A stretch of DNA of 62,238 nt, filler included, from a candidate division TA06 bacterium SM23_40 (GTDB lineage: Bacteria; LJUI01; SM1-40): assembly GCA_001303705.1 (NCBI GenBank). It is 6 parts of 6 records of this genome, joined end to end, with 100 filler letters (N's around TTAATTAATTAA, not from the genome) between each part and the next. Parts side by side here need not be neighbours in the genome. Positions count along the whole stretch, not along the records: positions 1 to 20,977 come from LJUI01000035.1; 5 more parts are not named here. One strand, given 5' to 3'. Position 1 is the first letter of the stretch. Every line of letters begins with the position of its first letter. Shown piece by piece: positions 1 through 10,720 of this stretch. The notes under the pieces were generated by a model that was not told the origin of the DNA, ran no database searches, and saw only the letters and a list, made by a program, of their open reading frames with translations. The translations under genes were made by a program, and so were the position numbers.

Positions 1-186
1 GGGACCCTTGCGTCACAGGTGTGGCTGGTCGTGGCAATGCTCCTCGTCATCACCGGCCTGCGCCACCCTCAGCCCCTCAATGACATAACCCCGCTCGACG
101 GCAGTCGGCGGCTCTGGGCCCTCATTGCGTTTGCCCTGCTGGTGATCACCTTTGTCCCGAACCCGCTGGCGTTCCATTCGCCATAG
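1..186 (+). CDS. Site-2 protease (M50 family) membrane protein, 3' partial end
   Basis: Not in the ORF track. Frame 1 reads ...GLRHPQPLNDITPLDGSRRLWALIAFALLVITFVPNPLAFHSP*, matching the HP..D..PLD..RR...F.P.P tail typical of M50 proteases. Confidence 0.7.
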   Translation, partial: GTLASQVWLVVAMLLVITGLRHPQPLNDITPLDGSRRLWALIAFALLVITFVPNPLAFHSP

Positions 187-299
187 AGAGCCGCGCCCCG
201 GGAGGGAAGACTCCACAGTTCCCTCTGGATCGCCCGGGCAGGGAAGGCGCTCCCTCCCCTCGACATGGTCGCCGACCGACCGAGAGAGGAGAGCCGTAC

Positions 300-1115
300 A
301 TGTTGATACGGTCGCTCATTCGCGCCCTCGTCGCCAGACCTTCGATTCCGAAGGGCCGGCGCCTTCATCCCTTCATCAAGCTCCTGTCGGAGCGGCGCTC
401 GATCAGGCACTTCTTCGATCGCGACATCCCTGACGACGACTTGGATACGATATTAGAAATAGGGCGGTTGTCTCCGAGCACGGCGAATCTCCAGACATGG
501 AGCTTCATCTCGCTTCGAAGAGCGGAGTGGGAGAAGACGTTCGGATCGCCCATCCCGTTCGGAGCCCCTCTGGCAATCGCCGTCTGTGTCGACCTGGACC
601 GCATCCGTCGTGCAGGATTCGAGACTCCCCCATATCCCCTATCGATGTACACGATCGGGCTCATCAATGCCTGTCTCGCAGCAATGAACATGCAGATCGC
701 GGCCCACGCACTGGGATACGGCACCGTCATGGTTTCGGATACGGGAAGGGTGGGATTCATGCATACCCGGTGGGCCCGGGAGCAGCTCGCTCTCCCCCCG
801 GGAGTCTTCCCGGTCTGCACGCTCCTCGTCGGATCGACACGCATGGAGGCACTCCTCATCCCGCCGCGGCTACCGCGCGAACTCGTGGCGATGAAGAGTG
901 CGTACACCGCGCCGGACTCAAAGCTCCTCAATCAATGGTACGAAGAGATGGGTGCCGTCGTCAGGGCACAGAATCCCTTCATGTCGATCCACAGGCGCCT
1001 CGATATGTACCTGAAGGAGCTCCCGCGGGTCGAGGCGGAGCTGGCCCGCCTGGTCTATGGTGACGAATCCGCGCCCCACTCGGTAAGCAGCGCTGGGAAA
1101 GGGGACGATGCCTGA
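300..1115 (+). CDS. Nitroreductase family protein
   Basis: RRSIRHF and SPSTANLQTWSF FMN-binding motifs, AAMNMQIAAHALGYG; overlaps the start of the next gene by 8 nt. Confidence 0.85.
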   Translation: MLIRSLIRALVARPSIPKGRRLHPFIKLLSERRSIRHFFDRDIPDDDLDTILEIGRLSPSTANLQTWSFISLRRAEWEKTFGSPIPFGAPLAIAVCVDLDRIRRAGFETPPYPLSMYTIGLINACLAAMNMQIAAHALGYGTVMVSDTGRVGFMHTRWAREQLALPPGVFPVCTLLVGSTRMEALLIPPRLPRELVAMKSAYTAPDSKLLNQWYEEMGAVVRAQNPFMSIHRRLDMYLKELPRVEAELARLVYGDESAPHSVSSAGKGDDA

Positions 1116-3063
1116 ACTCGTCGATCTTGAGGCCGTCCGGGAGGTGCTCGACATAGAGGTCGCCGGCCGCGGCATCGAACATGTCTCGATCACGCACCCG
1201 ATCGCAGTACGGTGTCGGTCTCATCAGTTCTTCAGGGAGCATGTCGAAGGGCGGCGCATTGAGGCAGTCGGGCGACGAGGCAAGTTCCTGTTCATCTCGT
1301 TAGACGATCGCACGGTCATCGTCATCAACCCCATGCTCGCCGGGAGGGTCCAGCTCTGCGCGAAGACCGCACGCCCGCGCAAGAGCACCTGTCTCCAGCT
1401 CACTCTCGATGACGGACGGGAGGTCCGCTACTTCGACGAACGCCAGATGGGGAAGATCTATCTCGCTCTCGACGGCGATTTCTCGGACATCCCCCAGCTC
1501 AATGATCTCGGGCCCGATGCACTCTCGCCTGATCTGACGAAGGAGGGATTCATCGCGCGGATGAAGCGATTCCGGGCGCCGATCAAGTCCGTGCTCACAA
1601 ACCAGCGGTGTCTGGCAGGGATCGGCAACGCCTACGCCGACGAGATCTTGTTCGAGGCGGGCATAAGCCCGCTCCGCCGCAGGGCGAGCCTGAGCCCGGA
1701 GGATCTCGATAGGCTGTACGAGGCGATGCTCCGTGTGTTCCGTACCGCGCTCGAAGAAGTTCGACGCCGCCTGGGCCGCGACATCCATATCGAGCATCGG
1801 GAGTTCATGAAGGTGCACCGACGCGACGCCACCACCTGCCAGCGATGTGGAAATCGGCTGACGGTCATCGGCGGACGCTCCCGCCCCACAGTCTTCTGCC
1901 GCCGATGCCAGCCACGATCGCTCGCCAGCTATCGGTCCGAGTTTCCCATCACCGAGCGCTGCATCTACCTGAACCACGCCTCTACCTCGCCCCTGCCCAA
2001 GCGCAGCCTCGAGGCGATCAACGCGTTCTTCTCGAGCCGACAGGAAAGCGGAGAGCAACGTGACGACCAACACTTCAACGCCCTCCGCGAGACGCGCTCG
2101 CTCCTCGCTCGCCTCATCGAAGGGGATCATCGCCGTCTCGCGCTGACCTTCAATACCTCGACCGGGCTCAACATCGTGGCACAGGGGCTCGACCTCCGGG
2201 GAGGCGATAACGTCGTGGTGGGCGAACGCGAGTTCCCGGCAAATGTCTATCCCTGGCTCCACCTCAGGCGAAAAGGGGTGGAAGTCCGGCTCGTGCCCAT
2301 GCCTGGCGGCCGGCTCGAGGTCGACACGATACGGGAGGCGATCGATCGGCGAACGAGGATCGTGGCGGCGAGCCTGGTCCAGTTCTCGAGCGGGTATCGG
2401 CTCGACGTCGCGGCTCTGGCCGGGCTATGCCATGATCAGGATATCTGGCTTGCCATAGATGGCATGCAGGCCGGAGGTGCGATCGCATTCGAGCCGGACA
2501 GGGAGGGTATCGACTTCTTCGCCTGCGCCGGGGCCAAGTGGCTCATGTCTCCTCAGGGAACGGCCTTCCTGTACTGCTCTGCCGCCGGGCTGGCGGCAAT
2601 CGAGCCAGCGTACATCGGCTGGCTCAGCGTTGCCGGTTCCGAGGACTTCGAGCACCTGCTCGACTTCACCCGCCCGCTGCACGACGACGCGCGAAGGCTC
2701 GAAGTGGGAAGCCTTCCGTACCACGACTTCTACGGAATGCGCGCGTCCGTCGACCTGCTCCTGGAGGTAGGGATAGAGCGCATCGAGGAGGCACGCCTCT
2801 CCCTGACAGATCCCCTGATCGCCTATCTCGAGCGCAGAGGTTTCGGAATCCGCGGCTCCACTGAGCGCGCCCGCCGCTCAGGGATCGTGGCGTTCGAGCA
2901 GACCGATGCTCCCGATCTGGCGAGGCGGCTTGCCCGTAGGGGGATCTATCTGTCCGCCCGTGAGGGCGCGATTCGCGTCGCTCCTCATTTCTACAATACG
3001 CCTGTGGAGATCGAACACCTCATCGCCGCGCTCGACGAGGAGGCCCGGGATGGTCCGAGTTGA
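1108..3063 (+). CDS. Fusion of Fpg/MutM-type DNA glycosylase/AP lyase (N-terminal ~265 aa) and class-V PLP-dependent aminotransferase/C-S lyase (C-terminal ~380 aa)
   Basis: N-terminal MPEL, RRGKFL, H2TH LAGIGNAYADEIL and C4 zinc finger CQRC...CRRCQ; then RSEFP...IYLNHASTSPLP, IDGMQAGG, AGAKWLMSPQG (PLP lysine), IRVAPHFYNT. Confidence 0.85.
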   Translation: MPELVDLEAVREVLDIEVAGRGIEHVSITHPIAVRCRSHQFFREHVEGRRIEAVGRRGKFLFISLDDRTVIVINPMLAGRVQLCAKTARPRKSTCLQLTLDDGREVRYFDERQMGKIYLALDGDFSDIPQLNDLGPDALSPDLTKEGFIARMKRFRAPIKSVLTNQRCLAGIGNAYADEILFEAGISPLRRRASLSPEDLDRLYEAMLRVFRTALEEVRRRLGRDIHIEHREFMKVHRRDATTCQRCGNRLTVIGGRSRPTVFCRRCQPRSLASYRSEFPITERCIYLNHASTSPLPKRSLEAINAFFSSRQESGEQRDDQHFNALRETRSLLARLIEGDHRRLALTFNTSTGLNIVAQGLDLRGGDNVVVGEREFPANVYPWLHLRRKGVEVRLVPMPGGRLEVDTIREAIDRRTRIVAASLVQFSSGYRLDVAALAGLCHDQDIWLAIDGMQAGGAIAFEPDREGIDFFACAGAKWLMSPQGTAFLYCSAAGLAAIEPAYIGWLSVAGSEDFEHLLDFTRPLHDDARRLEVGSLPYHDFYGMRASVDLLLEVGIERIEEARLSLTDPLIAYLERRGFGIRGSTERARRSGIVAFEQTDAPDLARRLARRGIYLSAREGAIRVAPHFYNTPVEIEHLIAALDEEARDGPS

Positions 3064-3072
3064 CATCTGGTA

Positions 3073-3831
3073 TCAATCGGGCTTGGGCACGTTGGTGAGG
3101 AGGGGGCCGTGGGACTCTTCGTACACGTAGATCTTGCTTCTCCGCGGCCGGAGATCTTCGGGGCGAGACGCCGACCCGGAGGTCTGTCCGTCTGACTCCT
3201 CGCCGGGCCCTCCCCGGTCGACGCCCGGAAGGTCCGCGCCGGCAGGAAGCTCATCTGATTCCTTATCTGTATCTGGTAACCCGCACGTTATCAATATCTT
3301 CTGTACGTAGTCCTGTGTCTCCCTGTACGGGGGGATACCGCCGTACCGCACCACTCGCTCCGGCCCGGCATTGTACGCCGCAAGGGCCAGTCTGATCTCC
3401 CCGTCGAACCGATCGAGCATCTCCCTCAGATAGCGCACTCCTCCCTCAATGTTCTGAACCGGGTCGAATGGATTGGAGACCCCGAGATCTACGGCCGTGG
3501 CCGGCATGAGCTGCATCAGCCCCATCGCCCCCTTAGGAGAGATGGCACGGGGATTGAATCCGGACTCGGCGTCGATTACTGCCCTGACCAGGGAGGTGGC
3601 GACACCGTACCGTTTCGCCGCCTCCTCGATGAGCGTCTCGTAGGAGACGGGATCCGCCCGGATGTTGCGGATCGCCGTCCGGAAAAGCTCCATACGCGCC
3701 GGATCCGGGACATTGGTAATTACGACCGACCTCCCCACCTTTCGATACCGTACTTCGTATGCATCCGCCGAGGCAACGACGCTCGCCACGAGCACGAAGG
3801 CGACTCCTATGGAGGTGATGCATCTGGCCAC
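3073..3831 (-). CDS. Lytic transglycosylase (SLT domain), secreted
   Basis: Signal peptide; [23 protein letters not shown] and ALAAYNAGP motifs. Confidence 0.9.
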   Translation of the reverse strand: MARCITSIGVAFVLVASVVASADAYEVRYRKVGRSVVITNVPDPARMELFRTAIRNIRADPVSYETLIEEAAKRYGVATSLVRAVIDAESGFNPRAISPKGAMGLMQLMPATAVDLGVSNPFDPVQNIEGGVRYLREMLDRFDGEIRLALAAYNAGPERVVRYGGIPPYRETQDYVQKILITCGLPDTDKESDELPAGADLPGVDRGGPGEESDGQTSGSASRPEDLRPRRSKIYVYEESHGPLLTNVPKPD

Positions 3832-3838
3832 AGAGCTC

Positions 3839-5290
3839 CTACCTCCTCCTCTTCCGTACCACCGTAGGATCTATGAGATCCTCCCAGTCAGGATCGAACG
3901 ACTCATCCTCATCGCTGGAGTAGACGAGTTCATACCTCCCGTACCCGGTGCGATCGATAAAGATGTACTGGTCGCCCCCGCGCCCGTAGTACAGCCAGCT
4001 GACATAGGAAGCATAACGGACGTCAGCCGGGTGCCTTTCGATCTCATCCGGCTCCCCGTTCTTTATGTAGATCCGGCCACGATCCGATCTGTGTCCCTTC
4101 TCGAAGCCGGAGGAGAAGTGCTCGTCGGCGTACTCAATGCGCCGGACAAACTCCTCGAGCAGTTCGTTTCGTGGCGTGCCGGGAAGGGGATCGCGATCTT
4201 TCCAGAACTTGACGAGGAACCTCTCTTTCCCCTCCGGGCTCAATGACTCATAGAGAGAGAGCTCGTCGCGGTCCGCGAGGTATTCGATCCGCTCGTACCA
4301 CTCCCCCCCCACCTCCTGCAGCCCCCGCAGCTCGGCGGCGGCATCCCGCTCAGGAGCCTCCTCTTCGCCTTCCTCGGAAAGCGCACGGAGTCCCACATCG
4401 CTGACCGCCTCGACATAGAACGGAGCACTCGCCGTCGCCTCTGTGCCGGACGAGAGGTCTTTGACGACAAGGGAGATAGCATATTCGCCGGCCTCCAGGG
4501 CAACGACATTGACGCCGCCCATCTCTACCGCGCTCTCCCCGGGAGTAGCTTTCCTCTTGGACGGCAGAGTGCGAACCTCCTTCCCCTTCGAGTCACAGAT
4601 CGTATACGCGATACTGAAGCTGTCAGGTATCTCTTCAGTGCCGGTGGTGAGGCCGTAGATTTCGCTGTACCAGTAGAGGATGGGGAATTTGCCCCCGAAC
4701 CGGTGCTCGGGATTCGGCGATATGTACAGGCCATTCTTGACGAACCGACTATCACTCGTATCGGCCTCGGCCTCGATCTTGATCGCGAGCTCCACATCGC
4801 TCACGGCCAGCTCTTCGGATGAGGGCGCCACAGGGACTGTGAGAACAACCTCGCCCGCCTTCTCGCTGGTGAGATCGGTCATGGCCAAGGAGATCTCGTA
4901 CTCGCCCGGGCTCACATTCTCGAGTTCCATCTGGTCCACCATCAGTGGAGCCTGACCCCCGGTCACCTCGTCCGGATCGACGACAGAGAAGTGCCCTTCC
5001 CAGCTGTCGCTCACCGTTGCCTTGGATCCCTTACGTTGTAGCACGAACGATGTACGGAACCGCGCGGTCCACCCGCCATCGTCCTCCTCGACATAACTGA
5101 AATCGGCCACCGGCAAGGTGTAGTAGAGTTCGACGTAACTCTTCCCCCCGCCCATGCGGAAGCGGCCAACATCTATGTGGAAGGTAAGATCGCCCTCGCT
5201 CTCGGCCGGCAGGGCCTGCTCGGACGCGAGAGAAGGGGCTGTACAGAGCGCCGCAATGAGCGCCATACTCACAACTACCGTCCGCTGCAT
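3839..5290 (-). CDS. GWxTD domain-containing protein
   Basis: Signal peptide; FWKDRDP..TP.NE...EF.RRIEYAD..F...[18 protein letters not shown]-terminal domain. Confidence 0.85.
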   Translation of the reverse strand: MQRTVVVSMALIAALCTAPSLASEQALPAESEGDLTFHIDVGRFRMGGGKSYVELYYTLPVADFSYVEEDDGGWTARFRTSFVLQRKGSKATVSDSWEGHFSVVDPDEVTGGQAPLMVDQMELENVSPGEYEISLAMTDLTSEKAGEVVLTVPVAPSSEELAVSDVELAIKIEAEADTSDSRFVKNGLYISPNPEHRFGGKFPILYWYSEIYGLTTGTEEIPDSFSIAYTICDSKGKEVRTLPSKRKATPGESAVEMGGVNVVALEAGEYAISLVVKDLSSGTEATASAPFYVEAVSDVGLRALSEEGEEEAPERDAAAELRGLQEVGGEWYERIEYLADRDELSLYESLSPEGKERFLVKFWKDRDPLPGTPRNELLEEFVRRIEYADEHFSSGFEKGHRSDRGRIYIKNGEPDEIERHPADVRYASYVSWLYYGRGGDQYIFIDRTGYGRYELVYSSDEDESFDPDWEDLIDPTVVRKRRR

Positions 5291-5350
5291 CGATCTCTCC
5301 TCCGCCCTCTCTCTCCCGATCTTCTTCGACAGGAGTCATTATGAGAGAGT

Positions 5351-6658
5351 TCAGTACCCCTGGTCAAGGGGGTAGACTAACCTGTATTCGCCGAAGCCCC
5401 GCTCATCGACGAAGATGAACTCTTCTCCCAGCGAATAGTAGTACCAGATCTCGTACGGGTGTGCATCGGGATCGAAGTAGTGGCGCTCGATCTCACTCGG
5501 GTGACCGAACTTGATGTATATGCGGCCCATGTCGCTCCGCCACCCGCCAAAGGGGCCGAGGAAATGGCTATCGGCATAATCGACGCGCCGGAAATACTCC
5601 AGCATCCGCTCATTCCTCTCCGTATTGGGAGTGGGATCGAATTCCTTCCAGAACTCGTTCCACAGCCTGACCCAATCCTCGGGCGGAGCGGATCTCAACC
5701 GCTCCCGCTCCTCGGGGGTGGCGACGTATTCGAGCTGTTCGACCCGTTCTTCATACTCCTCGCGAGAGGCAAAGAACGAGCCGACGACGGAGAACTTCGC
5801 CTCGCCGAACGCAACACGCTGCGTACGTTCGTCCTCCAGTCTGATGCTCAGCGCATACTCTCCCACCCTGAGCCCCTCCAGGGGAACCGTCCCCAACCTC
5901 ACAACCGTACCCTTCACCGCCATCACGCCCCTCGACCTGAGCTGGACGAGGCCGTCGGCATCGATGACGTACCATTCCTCACGCACGTCTCCCGAGTCAT
6001 CGGGTCCCCGATAGATCTCATAGGAGAAGAGGGCTCTCTCATCCGTCTCGTCGTAGCGCCGCTTCGGATATGCCTCCCACCCTTCTCTGCCAGTTGCCAG
6101 GCTCGTCGCCACCTCGTCGCCCGAGAAGATGAGGCCTTCCGACCTGACGAACGTGACGTCGCTCATCTGGAGCGAGCCGAACCCGAGATCCGGCACATGG
6201 AGTTCCTTTTCCACAGTCCCCTCCCGGCTGGAGTGCCGGTCTCGCAGCAACACGCTGAGATGATATTCACCGGGAGCAATGGAGAGCTCGTGCCGGCTTG
6301 TGATGAACCGCGACAGGCGCTGAGTCTGGGCGTACGCCTCGGGCTCCGAGTAGACTGTCCAGATGTCACCCGCCGCTTGATTGCCGGCAGTGTCACGCAG
6401 TATCGCCGACAGATCGTATCCCGCCTGATATGAATCGCCGACGGCGATGAACTGGAGTTGTTCGTAGACAACCGAGACCTCAATCTCCAGCTGCATTCTC
6501 TCGCCTTCGCCCAGGAACACATTCGTTGCCACATCGTACACGAGTGACCCCGACCAGTGAACCTCGTCGTCGGCGACACTCCCTGTCGCCAGGCAGAGAA
6601 GGCAGATCACCGTCGGGGTGAGATGCAACAGGACGCGTCGTGCGAGGCTGTTTCCCAC
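5351..6658 (-). CDS. GWxTD domain-containing protein
   Basis: FWKEFDPTPNTERNE...RRVDYAD...GWRSDMGRIYIKFGHP. Start moved to GTG 6658, which follows a GGAGAGG RBS and gives a signal peptide. Confidence 0.85.
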   Translation of the reverse strand: MGNSLARRVLLHLTPTVICLLCLATGSVADDEVHWSGSLVYDVATNVFLGEGERMQLEIEVSVVYEQLQFIAVGDSYQAGYDLSAILRDTAGNQAAGDIWTVYSEPEAYAQTQRLSRFITSRHELSIAPGEYHLSVLLRDRHSSREGTVEKELHVPDLGFGSLQMSDVTFVRSEGLIFSGDEVATSLATGREGWEAYPKRRYDETDERALFSYEIYRGPDDSGDVREEWYVIDADGLVQLRSRGVMAVKGTVVRLGTVPLEGLRVGEYALSIRLEDERTQRVAFGEAKFSVVGSFFASREEYEERVEQLEYVATPEERERLRSAPPEDWVRLWNEFWKEFDPTPNTERNERMLEYFRRVDYADSHFLGPFGGWRSDMGRIYIKFGHPSEIERHYFDPDAHPYEIWYYYSLGEEFIFVDERGFGEYRLVYPLDQGY

Positions 6659-6809
6659 GGCAGAATCCTCTCCGAAATGGCCATTCATATATACAATAGC
6701 AGAACCAGGGCCCAGGGGCAAGCGAAAAACCCCCGGCCGCCGCCAGCCTGTCGAACTCATCCCTCCCGCGGGCTTGATCCCGCCGCGGGCGCGCCCGATC
6801 CCCGACCGC

Positions 6810-8132
6810 TCAGGGAAGGGGCCCTCCAACCGCACTCTCCAGACGCGCCACGGCGAGGCGCCGGTCATAGACCGCCTCCACTTCCGACGATTCCGCCATG
6901 TTGAGGGCGAGCTGCGCAGTCACCAACTCGAGCGGAGCAGCGGCGCCCAGCCGATACCGCTCCTCAGCCATCCGGTAGTTTTCTCCCGCCTCCTCGCGTG
7001 CCAGCTCCACCACATCGAGACGCTTCGTCGCCTCCTGCACCGCGAGGTACGCGGCCTCAACCTCATACTCGATCGCCAGCACCCTCCTCCGCTTCTCCTG
7101 TCCGAGGAGCGCGCGCTGCGTGGCCGCCCTCGATAGGGCCGACTCACGACGCAATCCGTCAAACAGGGGGAGTTCCGCCCTGATGCCGATGCTCCAGCTG
7201 TCGTTCGCATCCCAGGTGGTCGCATCGTCCGGGAACTCCTCGCCGCTGTAGCTGTAGTCCGCCGTCACAAGGAGGGTCGGCAGGTACGTCGTCCTGGCAG
7301 AGAAGACATTCAGATTTGCCTGATGGAGCGCGGCGTCGACATTGGCGACCTCAGGACGGCGCTCAAACGCCAGATCCTTCAGGGCAGCGAGAACGGGCAC
7401 CTCACGCTGCACAATACCGGGAACCTCCTCTATCTCGACTGGACGATCGAACGGGATGCCCATCGCCCTGACAAGGGATGCCCTCGCCAAGTCGACCGCG
7501 CCTCTCGCAGTGATCAGATCCACCTCGGCCTGCGTCTTCTCCACTTTGATGCTGAGGTAGTCTGCCTTCGACGCCGCTCCCAGTTCGTATAGGGCCTCGG
7601 CATGGGCCAGATTCCCCTCGCTTCGTTCCAGAGCGAGCAGAGCCACATCCTCGAGCGCAATCGCCTTGAGAAGGCCATAGTAGCCCTCGGTCACGGCCAG
7701 GACCACGGCGTTCTCCATCTCGCGGAGCGACGCCCTGCCAGCCGTGACCGCTGCGCCCGCCGAAAAGATGCCCGTCCACCCGGGAAGATCGAGAAGAGGC
7801 TGGCTGAGCGAGAAACGAGTACTGTACGTCTCAGTCGTCACTTCTTCCATGACGCCCGTCGCGGAGATCCGAAAGCTCGGACCAGAACGTGTGTACCCGC
7901 TCGACGCATGAGCGCTCGGGAGCAGCGCCGAGAAGGAGGAGACGAAATCCGCCTGATCGAGGCGGAGATCCTCCTTGGTCTGGGCAAGGTCGGGGCTGTT
8001 TTCGATCGCGACCGCAATACAGTCGGCCAATGAGAGCGGGGATTCATAGACCTCGGTACCGCCTGCCCCCGCACATGACAGCAGGAGGACTACGGCCGCA
8101 GCAGCCCCCGTGCAGAACGAACCTCCTCGCAT
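6810..8132 (-). CDS. TolC family outer membrane protein
   Basis: Signal peptide; two OEP-like repeats (LSQPLLD..., ELPLFDG, ERYRLGAA..LEL..AQ). Confidence 0.85.
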   Translation of the reverse strand: MRGGSFCTGAAAAVVLLLSCAGAGGTEVYESPLSLADCIAVAIENSPDLAQTKEDLRLDQADFVSSFSALLPSAHASSGYTRSGPSFRISATGVMEEVTTETYSTRFSLSQPLLDLPGWTGIFSAGAAVTAGRASLREMENAVVLAVTEGYYGLLKAIALEDVALLALERSEGNLAHAEALYELGAASKADYLSIKVEKTQAEVDLITARGAVDLARASLVRAMGIPFDRPVEIEEVPGIVQREVPVLAALKDLAFERRPEVANVDAALHQANLNVFSARTTYLPTLLVTADYSYSGEEFPDDATTWDANDSWSIGIRAELPLFDGLRRESALSRAATQRALLGQEKRRRVLAIEYEVEAAYLAVQEATKRLDVVELAREEAGENYRMAEERYRLGAAAPLELVTAQLALNMAESSEVEAVYDRRLAVARLESAVGGPLP

Positions 8133-8300
8133 GCGTCCTCCTTTCAACACATCGGTCGATCGGCGCGTCGCCGTGCCGGGCCGTAGCGCCCCAGGGGTCG
8201 CCCCCTGGCCCGGTTCGGGTCAATGCACCAGAGTCTATGACAGCGCAGGCGGGCCTCACCGGTTGGCGCGAACGCCACACCGATGGCCCTGTCCCGGCAA

Positions 8301-9314
8301 TCAAACAGCGATGAACGACTCTGCAATCTGGATAGCGTTGAGCGCCGCGCCCTTCCGCACATTGTCCGCCACTACCCAGAATGCGAGGCCGGAGTCGACG
8401 GAAGGATCCCCGCGTACCCTGCCCACGAAGACCTCATCCCTGCCCGACACGAACCGCGGGGTCGGATAGAGAGACCGTCCGGGCTCGTCGATTACCACGA
8501 CCCCCGGGGAACGCTCCCAGACCCTCCGTGCTTCATCGGGAGGGAGAGGTTCGGTGAGCTCGGCCCACACAGCCTGGGAGTGGGCCGTCTGAATCGGCAC
8601 ACGCACAGCAGTAACGCTCATACGGAGTTCATCGAGACCGAGTATCTTCTTCGTCTCCTCGCAGATCTTCGACTCCTCGCCCGTATACCCATCTCGTGAG
8701 AAAGGCCCGATCTCCGGGACGAGATTGTCAACGATCGGATGGGCGAATACCCCCGGTCCACGAGCGGTGTCCGCGTGCGCTCCCCCGGCTGACGCGCGCT
8801 CGTTCTCGAGTGTCTCCATTCCCCCACGCCCTGCGCCGGAGACCGACTGGTAGGTGGCGACCACCACCCGGCGCAGACCAGCGGCCCTCGCGAGCGGCGC
8901 CAGGGCCACGCAGAGCTGGATGGCGCAGCAGTTCGGATTGGCGATGAGCATGGTGTCGCCAGAGACTGTGTCGCCGTTTACCTCGGGCACGACGAGAGGA
9001 ACGCCGGGTTCCATGCGAAACGCGTGGGAATTGTCGATGACGCGCGCACCGGCGTCGAGGGCCCAGGGGACCGCAGTCCGGCTCACCTCAGCTGATGTGG
9101 CGAATAAAGCGAGATCGATGCCGCGAAATGAATCAGGTTCGAGCCGCCCTATGGCGTGTTCCGTGCCCTGGTAGGAGATCTTCCGGCCAGGGACTTCCTT
9201 CGAGCCGAGGAGCCGGAGCGATGCGGCGGGGAACCTCCGTGCCTCGAGCAGCTCCACGATCGTCGATCCGACGAGGCCCGATGCCCCCGCGACTGCCACT
9301 GCCAGATCAGCCAT
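8301..9314 (-). CDS. asd: Aspartate-semialdehyde dehydrogenase
   Basis: GASGLVG, ANPNCC, TYQSVSGAG, DNVRKGAALNA. Confidence 0.95.
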   Translation of the reverse strand: MADLAVAVAGASGLVGSTIVELLEARRFPAASLRLLGSKEVPGRKISYQGTEHAIGRLEPDSFRGIDLALFATSAEVSRTAVPWALDAGARVIDNSHAFRMEPGVPLVVPEVNGDTVSGDTMLIANPNCCAIQLCVALAPLARAAGLRRVVVATYQSVSGAGRGGMETLENERASAGGAHADTARGPGVFAHPIVDNLVPEIGPFSRDGYTGEESKICEETKKILGLDELRMSVTAVRVPIQTAHSQAVWAELTEPLPPDEARRVWERSPGVVVIDEPGRSLYPTPRFVSGRDEVFVGRVRGDPSVDSGLAFWVVADNVRKGAALNAIQIAESFIAV

Positions 9315-9418
9315 CGATCACCTCTCCCCTCAGGCGTCTCTCCCTCCCGGACCCATGGCCGGACCGGTCCATGCTCCGCCCACGAGGCATGTCCCGGACG
9401 ATGATCTGCCGCACGCGA

Positions 9419-10690
9419 CTACTCTCGCGGGGCGGAGGCTCGCTTCCTTCCCCGCCCGCCCGAGGTGCTCCTGGCCGTCCGCGGCTTCATCAGATCGAAT
9501 TCCCGGGCCAGAGCTCTAGCCGCGCGCCCCACCGCACTCTGGGGGATGATACAGCTCACTCTCGTCTCCGAGGTCGAGACTGAGCCGATGTGGATACGGC
9601 TCCTGGAGAGGGCCGTGAAGATCCTCGCCAGCATATCAGGAGAACGCGTTATCCCGACCCCGATGACTGACACCAGGCCCACGCCCTTGCTGGCGCGCAC
9701 TTCCCTCGCGCCGATCCGCCGGGCCTCTGACGCGAGAACCCGGCGGGCAGTGGCAAGATCTGACTCATTGACGACGAATGAGAGATCGGTCGTCTTCTCC
9801 GCCCCCGCCCCATGGAAGAAGAACCTCACGGCAACACCCGCGTTGGCGAGGCTCGTCACCACCTGCGAGAGGGATCGGGGACTCCTGGGGACCCGCCTCA
9901 GGGAGAGCAGGGCTATCGCCTCATCGTGCGTCACACCGCGCACCTCTGGCCGTTCGAGCGTCTCATCTCTGATCACTGTACCAGTTCCTTCACCGATGCT
10001 CGGGCGGACCCGGAGCGTGAGATGGTGACGGGCAGCGAGCTCGACTGAGCGACTCTGCAGCACCCGAGCCCCGAGCCCGGCCAGCTCCAGCATCTCATCA
10101 TAAGTTATCTCTGGCAGCAGTCTCGCGCCCGGAACGACCCGAGGATCGGCAGTGAGGATCCCATCGACATCCGTGTATATCTCGCATTCTCTGGCCCCCA
10201 GGCTTATGGCGAGCGCGACTGCCGTGATATCGGAGCCTCCCCTGCCGAGCGTCGTCACCTCACGCTCAACAGAGACCCCCTGGAATCCGGCCACGATGAC
10301 GACCCGCTTCTTCGCCAGCTCTCTTCTGATGCGGTCGGCACGGATCTCGAGAATGTGAGCGTTTGTGTGGCTGGTGTCCGTGATGATCCCGCTCTGCGAG
10401 CCCGTGAACGAGATCGCCTCGCTGCCGAGATCCTGAATCGCCATCGACAACAGAGACATCGTCACCCGCTCGCCCGCCGTGAGGAGCATGTCAAGCTCTC
10501 TACGGGGAGGCTGAGAGATGACGGAGCGCGCCAGCCCGAGGAGCTGTTCGGTCGTGTCTCCCATCGCCGAAACGACAACGACGATGCCGCACCCTGCCCG
10601 ACGCGCCGCCACGATACGCTTCGCCACGCTCCTGATCCTGGCAGGCGTCGCCAGGGAGGTGCCACCGTATTTTTGGACGATTACCTTCAC
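9419..10690 (-). CDS. lysC: Aspartate kinase
   Basis: [23 protein letters not shown] and C-terminal ACT domains. Confidence 0.95.
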   Translation of the reverse strand: MKVIVQKYGGTSLATPARIRSVAKRIVAARRAGCGIVVVVSAMGDTTEQLLGLARSVISQPPRRELDMLLTAGERVTMSLLSMAIQDLGSEAISFTGSQSGIITDTSHTNAHILEIRADRIRRELAKKRVVIVAGFQGVSVEREVTTLGRGGSDITAVALAISLGARECEIYTDVDGILTADPRVVPGARLLPEITYDEMLELAGLGARVLQSRSVELAARHHLTLRVRPSIGEGTGTVIRDETLERPEVRGVTHDEAIALLSLRRVPRSPRSLSQVVTSLANAGVAVRFFFHGAGAEKTTDLSFVVNESDLATARRVLASEARRIGAREVRASKGVGLVSVIGVGITRSPDMLARIFTALSRSRIHIGSVSTSETRVSCIIPQSAVGRAARALAREFDLMKPRTARSTSGGRGRKRASAPRE

Positions 10691-10720
10691 GCTGTCGTTC
10701 CACCGAGAAAGCCGTCGAGC

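Noticed and set aside
1940-3063. Cysteine desulfurase (SufS/IscS) or DndA-like phosphorothioation link
   Set aside because: The catalytic Cys loop is absent and no dnd/ssp/suf genes are nearby.
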